A stretch of 64,000 nucleotides of DNA from Lingula anatina (taxonomy: Eukaryota > Animalia > Brachiopoda): positions 21,762,001 through 21,826,000 of the forward strand of contig CM120645.1 in the NCBI GenBank assembly GCA_051362555.1, read 5' to 3'. Below, piece after piece: positions 10,305 through 23,400 of this stretch. The translations under genes were made by a program, and so were the position numbers. The notes under the pieces are model-generated. The model had not been told where the DNA came from and ran no database searches. It saw nothing but the letters and a program-made list of their open reading frames with translations. Every line of letters begins with the position of its first letter. Position 1 is the stretch's first letter.

Positions 10305-13300
10305 TCATGCGTACATGCATCCATGCACATGTGAGTACACACATACCACTTTCTAGTGTATGTGCATGCATGCCTGGGTTCGTGAATGTGTACGTGCATG
10401 TGTGCGTAATGTGTGTGCATACAGCACATGCTTACAATACACATTTCCTGTGGCAGAGCGTGGTCAGCCAGTACACCAAGTTCCATACTTAGAGTATTAG
10501 AATTTAGCAACGGCTCGATTACAATCTGGGTCACATTCACTCCAGGCTTGGTAGACTCTAAAAAAAAGAAAATGATCATCATAGATTTTACTCGTAACTG
10601 AAAATTCAACAAGGAACTTTAAAAACAAATGACCATTATGGTTATTAGTAATATTACTCCATACTTTCAATGGCCAAAAATTATCAAACTTTCAGATATA
10701 TAATTTTATAATTGCAAAAATTACATTTCTATACAGCATTTGTGGTGCTTTTACTGCAAAAAAACAAAAAATAGAACTAAAGAGTAGCCTGCTTTTTAAT
10801 TTTATTGCTACCCTGTACCATTCGTCAGGAATGTTCTAATTATAAGAAATTATGTCTCTAAAAAATCCAGTATCTGTAAAAGTCACAATTATCTGATGTG
10901 GCCCCCAATGAAAAGATCAAGTAATTACTGTTAATTACTTATTTCTATCATTTTTTTTTGATCCAATTGTTCTTAAAAGCTAGTTAGCTTCAGGTGAGAT
11001 AATACATTTTTGTGATTGACTAAAAAACATGTCTTGACATGCTCAAATATTTTAAAAAGAATAATTGAAATCATTCCCTGAGGTTACTCACCAAAACTAA
11101 CAACCTTCTTTAATTTGTCCTCCATTTCTTCCATTAACTGTTCCAATCTGCACTGCTTTGCCACGCGGAGTATGTCCTCCACTTGGTCTATATGGCATTC
11201 TATTTGAGCTGAAACACAACATGGGAGAGTTCAATAAGACATGAGAAAATAAAGGATGCAGCATTACTGTGGTTGGGGCATTTCCTACGGTTTATTCGAG
11301 TATGAGAGAAACTGCATTCTTGTAGGATATAACCTTTTGGTGTACTGGTATATGGGCAGGAATCCAACAAAATTGCTGCAGCATTACATCTTATATCATC
11401 AGACAATTCTTACTGTAGAAGTCAGAGAGTTGTCAGCCCAGCAGCAGAACACCTCACAGCGGCAGTCCACGGGATGGCCTCTTATGGATTTGAACAATTT
11501 TCTTTAAAAATATGACATTTGTTATAAGAATAAAACTTAAAGTCTAGACTAAAAAAAAATATATATATAATAGCTGTTCACCTACCTGTATAGAGATATT
11601 GCAACACTGCCTTAAAGGCCCATGGATATACCTAGAAATAAAAAACAATTTTCCAGTGTAGTAATTTTTCCTAACCAAGACGCTGGAGATACTGAAGTTT
11701 CATTATACATACTGCTTTGTAGTTTTCATTGCAGTCATCTGAAAACCATAGTATAAGTATTCATCTGCACTAAATTCTCATTTCATTATCTTACTTTTAA
11801 ACAATCTTCACAAAACAATATAAAAATTCATGTATTAACATGGGTGTCCTTTCTCTCTCTTTTTTACCCAGAACTGTCTTGAGACACTAGTGCCCCTGAA
11901 ATGGTCTTAATCTGCACTTTCATATCACAAAATGAACTTAGATGGTCTTAATCATTATAGAAATGGTCTTATCATGGACTGACTAATTTTAAGATCAAAA
12001 ATGATCTTAACCTGGATGATTAAGGCTATTACTGGACTGACTTTTAAGTGGTCAAGCAATTATCTCCCCTCACAATGGGGGATACCTCCCCTTACATTGG
12101 GAAAAATGTGTGAGGGGAGACAATATTGCATATTAACTTACCCTAAGTCAGTTCAAAAGTCTTACTCATTGATTAAGACCATGTAAGGTCATTTGTTATC
12201 TGAAATTGCAGATAAAGACCATTTTAGGCTTCAGGCTACAAGAATTCACCCTCTCCAGTAATTTATTGAGTGTTATATAGTCAACCTGTTTGCTGCACAG
12301 CTATTCCTTATACTTTGTTTTTGGAGTTAAACAAGGTAAATTTCCCACAACATTTACTGAACTCACCAGTGCATGAGTAATGTGGATCTCCTTTCTGTCC
12401 TTCCACCTGGTCTTGAAGAGCTCAGCAAAGTATTTTGACCTGGCCGTGAGTATACACCTGTGTGCTGGCAGTGACACGCCATGTACATAGAATACGATGT
12501 CTGCATAGAATCCTCTATCTGACAGCCTGATAAATAAGTTAATAATATATCAGTGCAGTCTGACCTGAGAGTAAGAAATGATTTAATAATGTATCAGTGC
12601 AGTCAGACCTGAGAGTAAGAAATAATTTAATAATGTTTCAGTGCAGTCAGACCTGAGAGTAAGAAATGATTTAATATTGTATTAGTGCAGTCAGACCTAG
12701 AAGATAAATAATCATAGGAGGGGGGGGTTTAAAATCCAAAACTGTACTTAAGGTAGATACTAGGTGACTCCTGATAGTTCTCTTTTATACACAGTATACT
12801 CAAAATATATTTAAAACTGTATGGGCATGGAGTAACTACATCCATCTATTGGTCTTTCTTCGTTCAAAATATGCATATAAAATATGGCACTAATTTAGAG
12901 TATATTAGTGAGCTTTCTAATACAGAAAAAATAAATAAACCTAATAAACAATTAGAAAATTAGAAAAATAGAAAAAAAGGAATACAAGTCATTATGTTAC
13001 TAATTGCTTTGAATGTTCTTGATACTTACTTCCTCAGAAATTCATCATATTCATGCCTTCGTATGGTTTTACTACTAATAACTTTGTACTTCTTCAGCAG
13101 GTTCCTTATCTCATCTGTCAGAGCACCATAAAGACAGCGCTCACCATCAAATGTGTGTGCTTCACATTTAGCACCTGAAATGTGATTCCACGGTACTTCA
13201 CATCTTCTGAATAATATATTTTATACCAGTTGTGCATTAAAAAAGGTGTTCCTATAACATTCTGTTCTGCATAAAATATCATTCTGTACTTGAGAAAAAA

Positions 13301-14828
13301 AAACATATTCAATATATTGTTTTTAATGCACTGACTAGTAATTATAAAAGGTTCATAATTACAGTTTATATCAGTGACAGATTGTGAGATGAAGGGTGAA
13401 GTGGGAATGGATGGGGTGCATCTTGCTTTCGCTCCCCCCCCCCCCCATCTCAGTTTTGAAGTGATACGTATTTCTCTAACTACAAGCACAACAAATCAAT
13501 ATTTTACCCCCCAGAAATGAAAATCCCTTTGCAGTGAGGACTCACCATTTTCCAACATATATTTCACCAAATCCTCATGGCCACAGAGGCAAGCATAATA
13601 TCTGGAACAACACAAAGACATTTTACAATAGCAAAATAATGTAGCATTCTGCAGAAAATTCAAATAGATGTTTTGATGACCATTCACCATGATTATCATT
13701 TCAGAGATAATGTATTTTTTGTCACATGACATCTATTTGTATCTAAAACACCATAAATCTTATAAGAAACTGAGTTTTATTTAAAAGCATTTAAATGTAA
13801 AGTAAATTCCACTGTGCATAACTTTGTCACAATCCAACTTGTAACTTGCCACAGTTATTTGTCACATGCAAAAAGTAAATTCATTAATATCTCTTCTATA
13901 TTATATTGGTTTTTCTCTTGCAATATTTTCTTAAAAGAAAACAGGAATCATGCAGTTTATTGTACTCTAGTAGGGGAATTCAACTTTTGGCAATATATAT
14001 GCTTGTAGCGTTGGCAATAAATTGGTACATATATTCCTAATAATTTGTAGATGTAATTATTATACTTACAATGGAGTACTGTCCCATCTGTCCCTTACAT
14101 TGAGTTCCATCTCCTTCTGCTCCACAAGATGCCTGTGTCCAAACAGCAAAACACATTATATTAATAAACAAAATCCATCCACTATTACTGTGTATCTTTA
14201 TCTTTAAGTACAGATTTTCTCTTATTCCATTGAGATACCAGTGGATGCATGTACATGTAAACTGAGATACTAGATATATTTTAATTTTTTTCCAGGATTT
14301 TTTTTTACTTGGACTTAAAATATTAAGTACTGACATGTTATCCATCAAAAACCAGTATAGTACATGTACCGGTACTTGTGATAAGATTGACAGCCTCTAG
14401 CACATACTGCAGTAAATATATTTCAAAAACCTTTAGTAGTAAACATAGTAACTATATGAGAATAATAGAGAAATAAATAGTTAAATTAGTATATTGTACC
14501 AGCACTGGGTGTCTTTGATCTACTAGTACGTAGTACTACTTATACATGTACATCAATTTATATGAACATACAACAATGAACAAAAACTTGCCGAAGAAAG
14601 AACAGTTTACAAATAGTTTATAAATATAAGACCTAATGACAAGCTAGAGATCAGCTAGCACGAAAATTCATGCGTTAGCACTCCTATTGACGATTCTGAT
14701 ATGTACACTGTACTGTCTGTGTTACAGCTGTCTGTGTTTGATGGAGTTTTGTAATATTTTTACAGTACTCACTGGACTTTGGCTAGGTCACCCCGTTTAC
14801 AAGCCTGGAACAGTTCATAGGTGTCCAT
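7010..14828 (-). CDS. ABTB1: Ankyrin repeat and BTB/POZ domain-containing protein 1 (12 coding exons, 484 aa)
   Basis: Exons 14828-14773, 14132-14070, 13601-13546, 13174-13030, 12526-12367, 11631-11586, 11208-11092, 10557-10436, 9745-9653, 9203-9015, 8123-7923 and 7216-7010 are all GT-AG and phase-consistent, totalling 1455 nt. The translation MDTYELFQACKRGDL...RDRWDSTPLYYACLCGHE...HTFDGERCLYGAL...AFFCGRSDYFKALL...ADMYLLPGLKRQC...RLEDQCTE...ETDTIPVIDDVRFH matches ABTB1/BPOZ as I recall it. Confidence 0.95.
7819..7906. mobile_element. 88-bp mini-MITE with TAA TSD
   Basis: TIR gactgcattcccacagattt(t)agatcgatc at both ends, flanked by TAA on each side; lies in ABTB1 intron 11. Confidence 0.7.
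8100..8350 (-). repeat. ~33-bp tandem repeat (about 7 degenerate copies) containing the ABTB1 exon-11 acceptor
   Basis: Minus-strand unit ~tgacaacaatgtgtttgacatatttcag|ctaaa; the last copy is the real acceptor and exon start at 8123. Confidence 0.85.
8505..9050 (-). repeat. 43-bp tandem repeat (12 full copies plus a partial one) containing the ABTB1 exon-10 end and donor
   Basis: Minus-strand unit gatgtactacatctaccaggatacctgtgag|gtaggtacaag(g/t). Donor-like sites lie at about 8536, 8579, 8622, 8666, 8709, 8752, 8795, 8838, 8881, 8924, 8967 and 9010. Confidence 0.95.
9995..10245. repeat. ~240-bp intronic duplication; second copy at about 11665-11905
   Basis: Both copies read caagac..tggagatactgaagtttcattatacatactgctttgtagttttca...ctagtgcccctgaaatg. 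Confidence 0.85.
11895..12228. mobile_element. MITE with ~60-bp imperfect TIRs
   Basis: cctgaaatggtcttaatctgcactttca...ggtcttaatca versus tgattaagacc...tgaaattgcagataaagaccattttagg. Confidence 0.65.
12535..12710 (-). repeat. 44-bp tandem repeat (4 copies) with acceptor-like motif, directly upstream of ABTB1 exon 5
   Basis: Period 44 (cagtgcagtc at 12551, 12595, 12639, ~12683); the minus-strand unit contains tttcttactctcag|g. Confidence 0.85.
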
Positions 14829-15606
14829 TATGCACCCGGTGTTATCAACGCTGACACAAAACCCCTGCTGTCTTTGAATTTGATGGGTTTACATTTGCAG
14901 TGCTCAGAGCTAGGCCAACATCAACAACGCCAGACATATCTGAGGGCCGCTTATAATTTATCAAATGTAAATATTGGAGATTTTGCAATCAGGATCAACC
15001 AGGCGTTTAAATCACATAAAAAAAAGATGCCCTTACTTCATGCGTGGAGTGATGCAGGGAGTATATGAGGCCTGTGCACAGAACTTTTAACTTAAATTAA
15101 AATAATGTTGTAAGCGGTATGTTAATTTGAGAGGTCAAGGTCATTTTACGTACTACCAGTTGTAATGACAGCCCCAGGCGCTTCAACTCTGAACTTTGAT
15201 TTGCGCATATGTACAATATTTTACAACGCACGGGTACATGTACTGCAGTTACAGCCTACAGGGTATTGAGTACATGTAGATCGATGGTTCATTCACACAT
15301 TAGAAATCACAATACAAAAGACACTCAAAGCTGAATTAAGATGTTCACTTAATTCATGTTTAACAGGTGCGTAAAAAAAAAAAAACAATCAACCTACCGA
15401 TACACCAAACACTAGGTAAAGTAAGTCCTATTCATTATAATAGCTGGTACATGCACATTTACAGTGTATCGGTAGGTACCCGGCAGTTGATTATAACTTG
15501 CTTCTTAGAAACAGGGCTTATATAGGCTATTATATAGTTCATATAATAATTAATTATAATAATAATTATCATTTAGTCCTCTGAGAAGGAAATGACAGTT
15601 AGAATA

Positions 15607-15793
15607 CAGGGGCGGATCCAGAGATATTTTCTGACAGTCTTCTAAATTATTTTTGCTGAACCATCCTCCATTTCACCGTCATCCGACAGAAAAAAAAAAA
15701 AAAAAGATAACCGTCAGTGTACTGTACAGTAAACTTGAAAATCTGACCGTCTTCCGGAAGACCCAGAAGATGGCCTCAATTAATTTGCCCCTG
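15607..15793. mobile_element. MITE of the CAGGGGCGGATCC-terminus family; homologous copy at 42572-42744
   Basis: Both copies begin caggggcggatccagagatattt, share the internal aaacttgaaaatct.accgtcttccggaaga, and end in an imperfect inverted terminus. Confidence 0.7.
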
Positions 15794-15849
15794 AAATATG
15801 TACTGGTACATGCCTTTAACTGTTTTTTCACTGTTGCTATGCTATCAAC

Positions 15850-18800
15850 TTCTGGTGATTTTCTTTTAACTGTTAATAGCGCTGTCCATATGTAGGCTAT
15901 AGGCCTAAAGGTGTGAAATCTAAAAAAAAAATGTATAATTTTAGGCAAATTAAATCATTTCACTGTCAGTAGTCAAATAATTTGAGAGTTGGAAAAAGGA
16001 TATAAACCAATGAGATCTAAGCAGCTCCATCTTATTATCAAAAAAAAAAAAAAAAAAAATTAACGTCGAAGCAATTAAAACAGGATTTCCAACAGTCCTT
16101 CAAAGATGAGCTAGGTGGCTGGTCGTTGGGTGCAGTATTTTATTCAAAGAAAGTTTGGTTGCATGCTTCACTGTTCGAGCAACAGGTGTCTGTTCATAGC
16201 TATTTAAGTATTAATATATTGCAAGTTGCTTTTACTTATACTTTTTCTTGGCCTTAAAATGTAATAAATGTGCCCCTGTCAGCATAAGTAATACAAATAT
16301 CTTTTCAACACATAAGAAATAATGTACAGTTGCAAAAAATAGGACAAAGCAATTCTAAGACGAACGTGCAGGTAAGAGAGAGAGAGAGAGATGGAGTGAG
16401 ATTCTGTGCTAGAGAACATGGTTGCTTGATACACTGATTTCGTCTTTCAGCTAGTGTATGTCCGAACAGGCGCAAACCGTTGTACTGGTAGTTCAAATAG
16501 ACAGGCACTCATAATCAGCGTTTTTAATTTTATGCTAGTATTCTAGCACGTTGCGTAGAACTTTGGTTTAGTACGTGTAATCTGTTTCAACAAAATCATC
16601 ACCATCTCCGTGTATTACCTTCAGTCTTATAAGACCAGCCAGTACCTGCTGACAACTAATATTAAGTGTGTATAGGCGTGGGGATTAGGGAGAAGCTGCA
16701 TTATACCATGAAGTCGAGCTCATTTTTGTTTTCCTCTCTGTGATATACTAGTACTCATTTACATTAAGCCTGGTGGAAAGAGAAAATGTTAAGTGAAATT
16801 AACCAGTTTGTCTTTTGCGTTTGATTATATCCCAAAAATTATGTAAACTATAGAGAAATAATGTAGATTGAAATGACGGTGTGAAGTAAAACAGATACAT
16901 TATTGTATTAGATGAGAGAGAGAGAGGGGGGTGGGGGTGGAGAGAGGGATGGGGGGGGGTTGTGTATCCAGCTCTTGCCTTGTGATTCTCCGATCTAGTT
17001 TCCATCACGATTGCTCGGAGTTTGCGAACAAAAGGGAATATTGTTACCCTATATTTTTGCATCTTTTTTATTACTTTTTACAGAACATTAATTTTTGTTT
17101 TACTTTTTCATATTGATGTCATTATGCAGATATTGCCAGAAATAGCATAAACTTATTATCTGTTGTGAAAAATTTTAAGTGTAGAATGCTTTCTATTTTA
17201 CACGGATATTAGAGGCTGTGTTTCTTCGAATGATGAAGGAGAAAGAGAGAATGGGGTGCGTAAAGGCCATCCATTTTACCGTCATTTTACTCGTCTACAC
17301 AAAGAAGCCTCTCTCAATATCCTCCCCACCCCAATCTGCTAAAAATAGTGACCTTTGCCAGACCCCCTGTGTGGAGCTGAGGAGTTAATGATTTTTTTAT
17401 CATTATCTCAAAAGCTTGCCGAATATATTACCCCCCCCCCCCAGCATGTGCGTTGTAGATTTGAGACAATGACCCCTTACCAACTAGCGTGAATATATTT
17501 TAACCTTTTGTTCCGTAGCCAGTTATCTCGTCGTGTGTTATCATAGTTAACTAAGTTTTGTTCAGATTTTAGGAAAAAACTGCTCATTAATATTTTGTAC
17601 AGCTTATTAAAATATATATCTTCATGTTCTTAAGAATATATGAAAGAACAAATCAAATTGTGAATTGTGTGCCTCCTCATAGCTAACTTTGTAATGAAGG
17701 GGGGATTTAAGTTCTAGAGAACATCTAAAGAATCTCACTGAACCCAGTAATAACTGCTGTGGAATGACCAACTACAATTTTGTTGGTTTAAATTATTGTT
17801 TTGTTATTATATATAAAAAATGCAGAATAATGTTAAATATTTGAGCATGATACAAATTTAATCTGGCTCCGGCATTTTTTCAAAATGTATAAGGTCCAAA
17901 CAAAAGTCATTGTATGAATGCTCCACACTGCCGTAGGTTAGGATGTACATGTACAGTTAGTGAAAAAAATACCTAGTTCAATATTTATTCACTTGAATAT
18001 AATCCACTTCTCTGTAATTAAATTACCTTGCAGTATACTCTTACAGTGTAGGAACATGTTTTCTTAAAATTTATAAAAATAGAACATTGATAACTTACTT
18101 CGTCACATCTTTAATCAAATTAAAAACAGGGCTTATAAAGTTTACCATAATTATTTTTTATTACTATTATTATAAGTCTAACTCTGACAAAGAAGCATCA
18201 GGAAAAATGGGTAAGCCCTTTCTATTGCTTTTGTGGTGTAAACTTCATTTTGATGGCTTTCTTTTACAGTTAACGGATTCGTCCATGTAGGCTATAAAGG
18301 TGTTGCGAAGTGCAAAAAATGTTAAAGTTAACGTTTTGGCAGATAAAACAAGTTCACCTTCAGAGAATGGTGGATTTCTAACCAATGATTGTAAGTTGAA
18401 AAATAGTTATATGAACCAATGATATTTAAGCAACTCCATCTTATTATCAGTAAACATTTAGGAAATGCTATGTCCAAGCGATTAAAAGCAAATTTCCAAT
18501 AGTCTCTTTTCCTTCTAAGGTGAGGTGACTGGACATATGGTTCATTTTTTATACAAAGAAAGTTTGGATGCATGCTTCACTGTTCGAGCAACAGGTGTCT
18601 GCTTATAGCTATTTGAGTATTAATATATTGCAAGTTGCTTTTAGTCATACTTTCTCTTGGCCTTAAAATAAAATAAACGTGCCTCTATCAGCATAAGTAA
18701 TACGAATATCATTTCACAATATGAGAAATAATGTACAGTTGCAAAACTACGGGCTAAGGGATTCCACCATGCACGTGCAGATGGAGAGAGAGAAAGAGAG

Positions 18801-21540
18801 AGCGCTGGAGTGAAATTCTGTGCTAGACAACTAGGGTGCTTGGTACATTGCGTTCTTCCTGTGTCCGTCCATTGATAATGAAAGAGCTTTCCCCTGCCTT
18901 TGGGCTGTCAACTTCATTCTGATGTATATCTTTTACTGCTAACAGCTTCGTCCATGTAGCCTATAAAGGTGTTGCAAAATGTAATAAAAAGCTGAAGTTA
19001 ACGTTTTGGCTGATAAAACAATTTCACTTTCAGAGCATGGTAGAATAGGGAAAATAAGGATATAAACCAAGGATATTTAATCAGCTCCATATTATTATAA
19101 AAAAAGCAAACACCATGTCCAAGCAAACAAAACAATTTTCTAACAGTCCTTCAAAGATGAGGTGATTTCGCGTTTTGTTCAGTTTTTTATGCAAAGAAAG
19201 TTTGATATCAGGCCCTAGTGTTCCAGCAACAGGTGTCCGCTTGTAGCTACTAGTATATACGTATTAATATATTGCAAGTTGCTTTTAATTATACTTTTCT
19301 TGGCCTTAAAATGTAATAAATATGCCTCTGTCAGCATAAGTAATACGGATATTATTTCAATATATAAGAGATTATGTACAGTTGCAAAAATGCGGGCAAG
19401 GGAATACTACCATGCACGCGCAGATAGAGAGAGAGAAAGAGAGAGCGCTGGAGTAAAATTCTGTGCTAGACAACAGGGGTGGTGGATAAACTGCGTTCTT
19501 CTTGTGTCCGTCCATTCATAATGAGCCCAACACGCACAAACTGGCGTAATTTAAATAGACTGGCACACAAAATCAGTGGTTATATAATTATACTAGTACT
19601 TAAACGCATTATGGCATTTGCGTAGAATTTGATTAAATACTTGTAATATGTTTCAATAAAACCATCACCTTCGTCGTGTGCGATAAAAATCAATCTGTGA
19701 CCCTGGTACAGTATGGATTAGGGAGAATCTGCAGTATATAGCCATGAATGAACTCGAGCTCATTCTTATTTTCCTCTCTGTTATACTCATTTACACCAAT
19801 GCGTGAATTAAAGCAGATACTTTATTGAAAGACGAGAGAGAGGGGGAACCTTGTGATTCCAGCTCGTGTCTTGTCACTCCTCAGATCTAGTTTCTATCAC
19901 GCTTGGTCGGAGCTTGAGAGCAAAAGGGAATTATTTTACCCTCTATTTTTTATTACTTTTTACAGTACAATAATTTTTACTTTACTTTTTCATATTGATG
20001 TCATTATGCAGGTATTACCAGTGATAGCCTAAAGTTATTATCTGTTGTGAATAAATTTAAGTGCAGAATGCTTTCCATTTATAAGAGAACCTTGCTTCCT
20101 AGAGTTATGAAGGAGAGAAAGAGAAGCGGGTGGTGTTAGGATTACCCGTTTTATTGTCATTTTTCGATCTACAAAGAGAAGGCTCTCAATACCCTCGTCC
20201 AACCCTATCCGAGTGAAAAGTTAAAAAAATGGTGACCTATGCAAGAGCCTTTTGGGTAGCTGAGGAGATCACGATTTTTTTATCATTATTTCAAAAGCGT
20301 GCCAAAGACATTAACCCCCCCCCCCCCCCCCCCCCCCACCACCACCACCACCATATGAGTTGTACATTTGCGAAAATGGCCCTTTATAAACTACGGAGAA
20401 TATATTTAAGCTTGTGTTCGGTAACCAGTTATCTTCTTGTGTGTTATCTTTATTATCTAAGTTTTGTACTGATTTTAGGAAAAACCTGCCCATTAATATT
20501 GCGTACAGCTCTTTTGAAAGCCTTTGCATTTTCTTGAGAAAATATGAATTACAAAAAGTGTGGGTTGTCTGTCACCCAGTAGCTAAACTTCGTAATATTT
20601 GCATGCATATTTACATGCATTTAGTAACCAAACACATTGAAGGCGAAGTTCTACTATATGATCATCAGCATTACACACATAATTACATTTCACATCTAAG
20701 ATATCTTAAGAATCTGCATTTTCCTGGTCGTTTGGTGTAGTTTTTTATCCAAAGCAAGCTTGGTTGCATGCTTCACTGTTCGAGCAACAGGTGGCCGCTT
20801 ATAGCTATTAAACTATTAAGATATCGCTAGTTGCTTTCAATTATACTTTTTCTTGGCCTTAAAATGTAATTATTAGGCCTCTATCAGCATAAGTAATACG
20901 AATATCATTTCAACACAAAAAATAACGTACAGTTGCAAAAATACGGGCAAAGGAATTGTACCACGCACGTGCAGACAGAGAGAGATAGAGAGACCGGTGG
21001 AGAGATATTCTGTACTAGACAACTAGGGTGCTTGGTCCACTACGTTCTTCTTGTGTCCGTCCATTGATAATGAACCGAACAGGCGCAAATCGGTGTAGCT
21101 CAATAGGCACATAAAATAAGTGGTTTTGTATTTATACTGATATTCAAACACGTTATGGCATTTACGTAAAACTTTGATTAAATACTTGCAATCTGTTTCA
21201 ACGAAATCATCATCATCTCCGTCTGCAACATGTGCATGCACATTCAGTTTAAACATCAACAGGTTCATGCTGACAACTGATGACATAGGTGTGTAGACGT
21301 GGGGATTAGGGAGAGGCAGTATAGCTATGAATAAACCCATTACAATTTCCCCTCTGTGATTCAATCATTAACACCAAGTCGAGTAGAAAAAGAAGGTATC
21401 AGGTGAAATTAGCTAGTTGATCTTTTTTATTTTTGTTTAAAATTATTCTTGACCTTTATTTAAAAGCAATTAACGTACCTTCATCAGCATAAGTAACACG
21501 ACCATCATTCCCATAAGAAAGAATGTACAATTGCAAAAAA
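15850..21540. repeat. Non-coding tandem segmental repeat, 4 copies plus a partial fifth, of an up to ~2-kb unit
   Basis: The anchor tgcatgcttcactgttcgagcaacaggtg occurs at about 16160, 18569, 19213 (variant) and 20766. The anchor gtaca(g/a)ttgcaaaa occurs at about 16324, 18734, 19376, 20927 and 21525. Long colinear similarity links 16000-17750 and 19050-20720. Confidence 0.85.
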
Positions 21541-23280
21541 TCTAAATTAGCGATATATCGGCAATTTCAATTCATGAAAGTAGAAAGACGCTCTGAGCGA
21601 GCTCTTTACTGACTTATACTGAGGGTAAATGTAGCAATTATAAGAGGGTCCTGGACGCTTTGCCACCTGGAGGACAGTGAGTAACAACATCCACTCACAT
21701 CAGCCTCATGAGCCTCATACGTCCAGGCTGGCCGTAAACTAAAGACATGAAAATACAGTCTGTATTTCACCTTAAGTTATATGATTATCATATTACTAAT
21801 TTAACTGCTTCACAGTTAATGGATATCATAGATATAAGTTGATGTTCAATGTCTTACAATTTAACTTGATGATTTTAATCGAAAGGCGCTGGCGTGACTA
21901 CAGGCTGGTTATTTTATTATACTTTACATCTTGACGAGATGTTTTTCTTAACGGCAAATATTTGCAGTGCAGGTACACTGGAATACATATTCGTGCATAT
22001 CCAACACACCTACCCGTATATTCTTTTCAAACAGAGACGTATCTACGGAATTAAATGCAAGAATACAGATTTCATTAATTAGTTTGATACATAAGATTGA
22101 AAATACTAAATTTCTTTTCTAGAGTGGTTCACAGAAGTGATTTGTGAATAAAATTTAATGTGATATTTTTGAAGGGTCACAATAAACATTTTAAAATCTG
22201 CAAGTCTTATTCTAAAGAGTACCCAACAACCGAAGACTTGATGGGGGGGGGGGGGGGGGGGGGGGGGGGTATTGACAGCAATAATTTAACTCGTTGTAAG
22301 CTTCTACCCTGTTTTTGTGCTGCATTTTTAACAAAATCCTTTTCCCCCGAAAACAGATAATGCGGGTAAAATTGAAATAAATAATTATCTACGAATTAAC
22401 CCTAGATATGTTCTATGTCCTAGTGTATTTTTTCCTCTTTTTTGTGGCCCAATCTTTGTTTTTCTAGGTTGGGAGGGGGGTGACATCAATAATTTTACTC
22501 ATTGTAAGTTTCTGTTCTCTTAACCAGAGATATTATCTGTATTCTAATGTACATGTTTTCTTTCATCTCCTTGTTTTTTCTGGGTCGGCTAGTACGTTTT
22601 CTTCACTTTTGCAAAAATGGTAGACTATTTCAACAGAATATTCCGTCTGCGATTTCAGTATGATCAAAGTAAAATCCTCTTTTTATATTTGTCCACTATC
22701 AACTCATATTGGCAGCCACTTACAAAAATAAACAAAAACATGAACGCAGAAAGATTCCATAATTCCGCTAAGCCTGTTAAGTCCAACGATATAGGCATAG
22801 TGGAAATAACTATCAAGTGAAATTAACTTGTCACGAGAAATTATAGTAAAGAACAAAGATGGACTATATAAACATGGTAAATTTGACAAGCAATCTGTCC
22901 CCTTTTTATAGATGATGCTTGGTATAAGATATTCACGACAGTCAATTTTAATCTCAATTTAAATTCGTTAAAGCAACGCCTTTCCGTGAGCTGTTATTTG
23001 GCGTGTTGCACATATTCTGGGTGTAACAGAAGGTTGAAACGCAGGTCTATCAGCATATCTTACAAGAAGATCATTTAGGTACAAAAAGTGTGGGGGTTGC
23101 AAAAATGAGGGTGCAAAAACCGAATTTTAGATTATTATGATAATTAAACACACTAAAATTAAGATGCAGATAATTTTATTGGACAGTGAGGGAATTCGCA
23201 GAGGGAAAATTCCCTTTCGCAAGCTACTGATTGGTTAATTCTTCTCAAACAGTAAATGACAGCCAACATTGAGAATTGTC

Positions 23281-23287
23281 TATAAAA
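23281..23287 (+). promoter_or_regulatory. TATA box of the secreted EGF/PPC-like gene
   Basis: TATAAAA lies 120 nt upstream of ATG 23401; an inverted CCAAT (ATTGG) sits at ~23230. Confidence 0.55.
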
Positions 23288-23400
23288 TTACGAGTATATT
23301 GAACTTATTATCAGATCCACAGTCGTCTCTGACAACCAGTAGATCAACATTTTGCCAGAAATCAATTCAGCAGCTTCAGAACTATCATTTGAAGGTGAAG

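Noticed and set aside
10229-10492. His/Thr- and Cys/Val-repeat ORFs
   Set aside because: These translate a (TG)n-derived intronic microsatellite; only 10436-10557 is a real exon.
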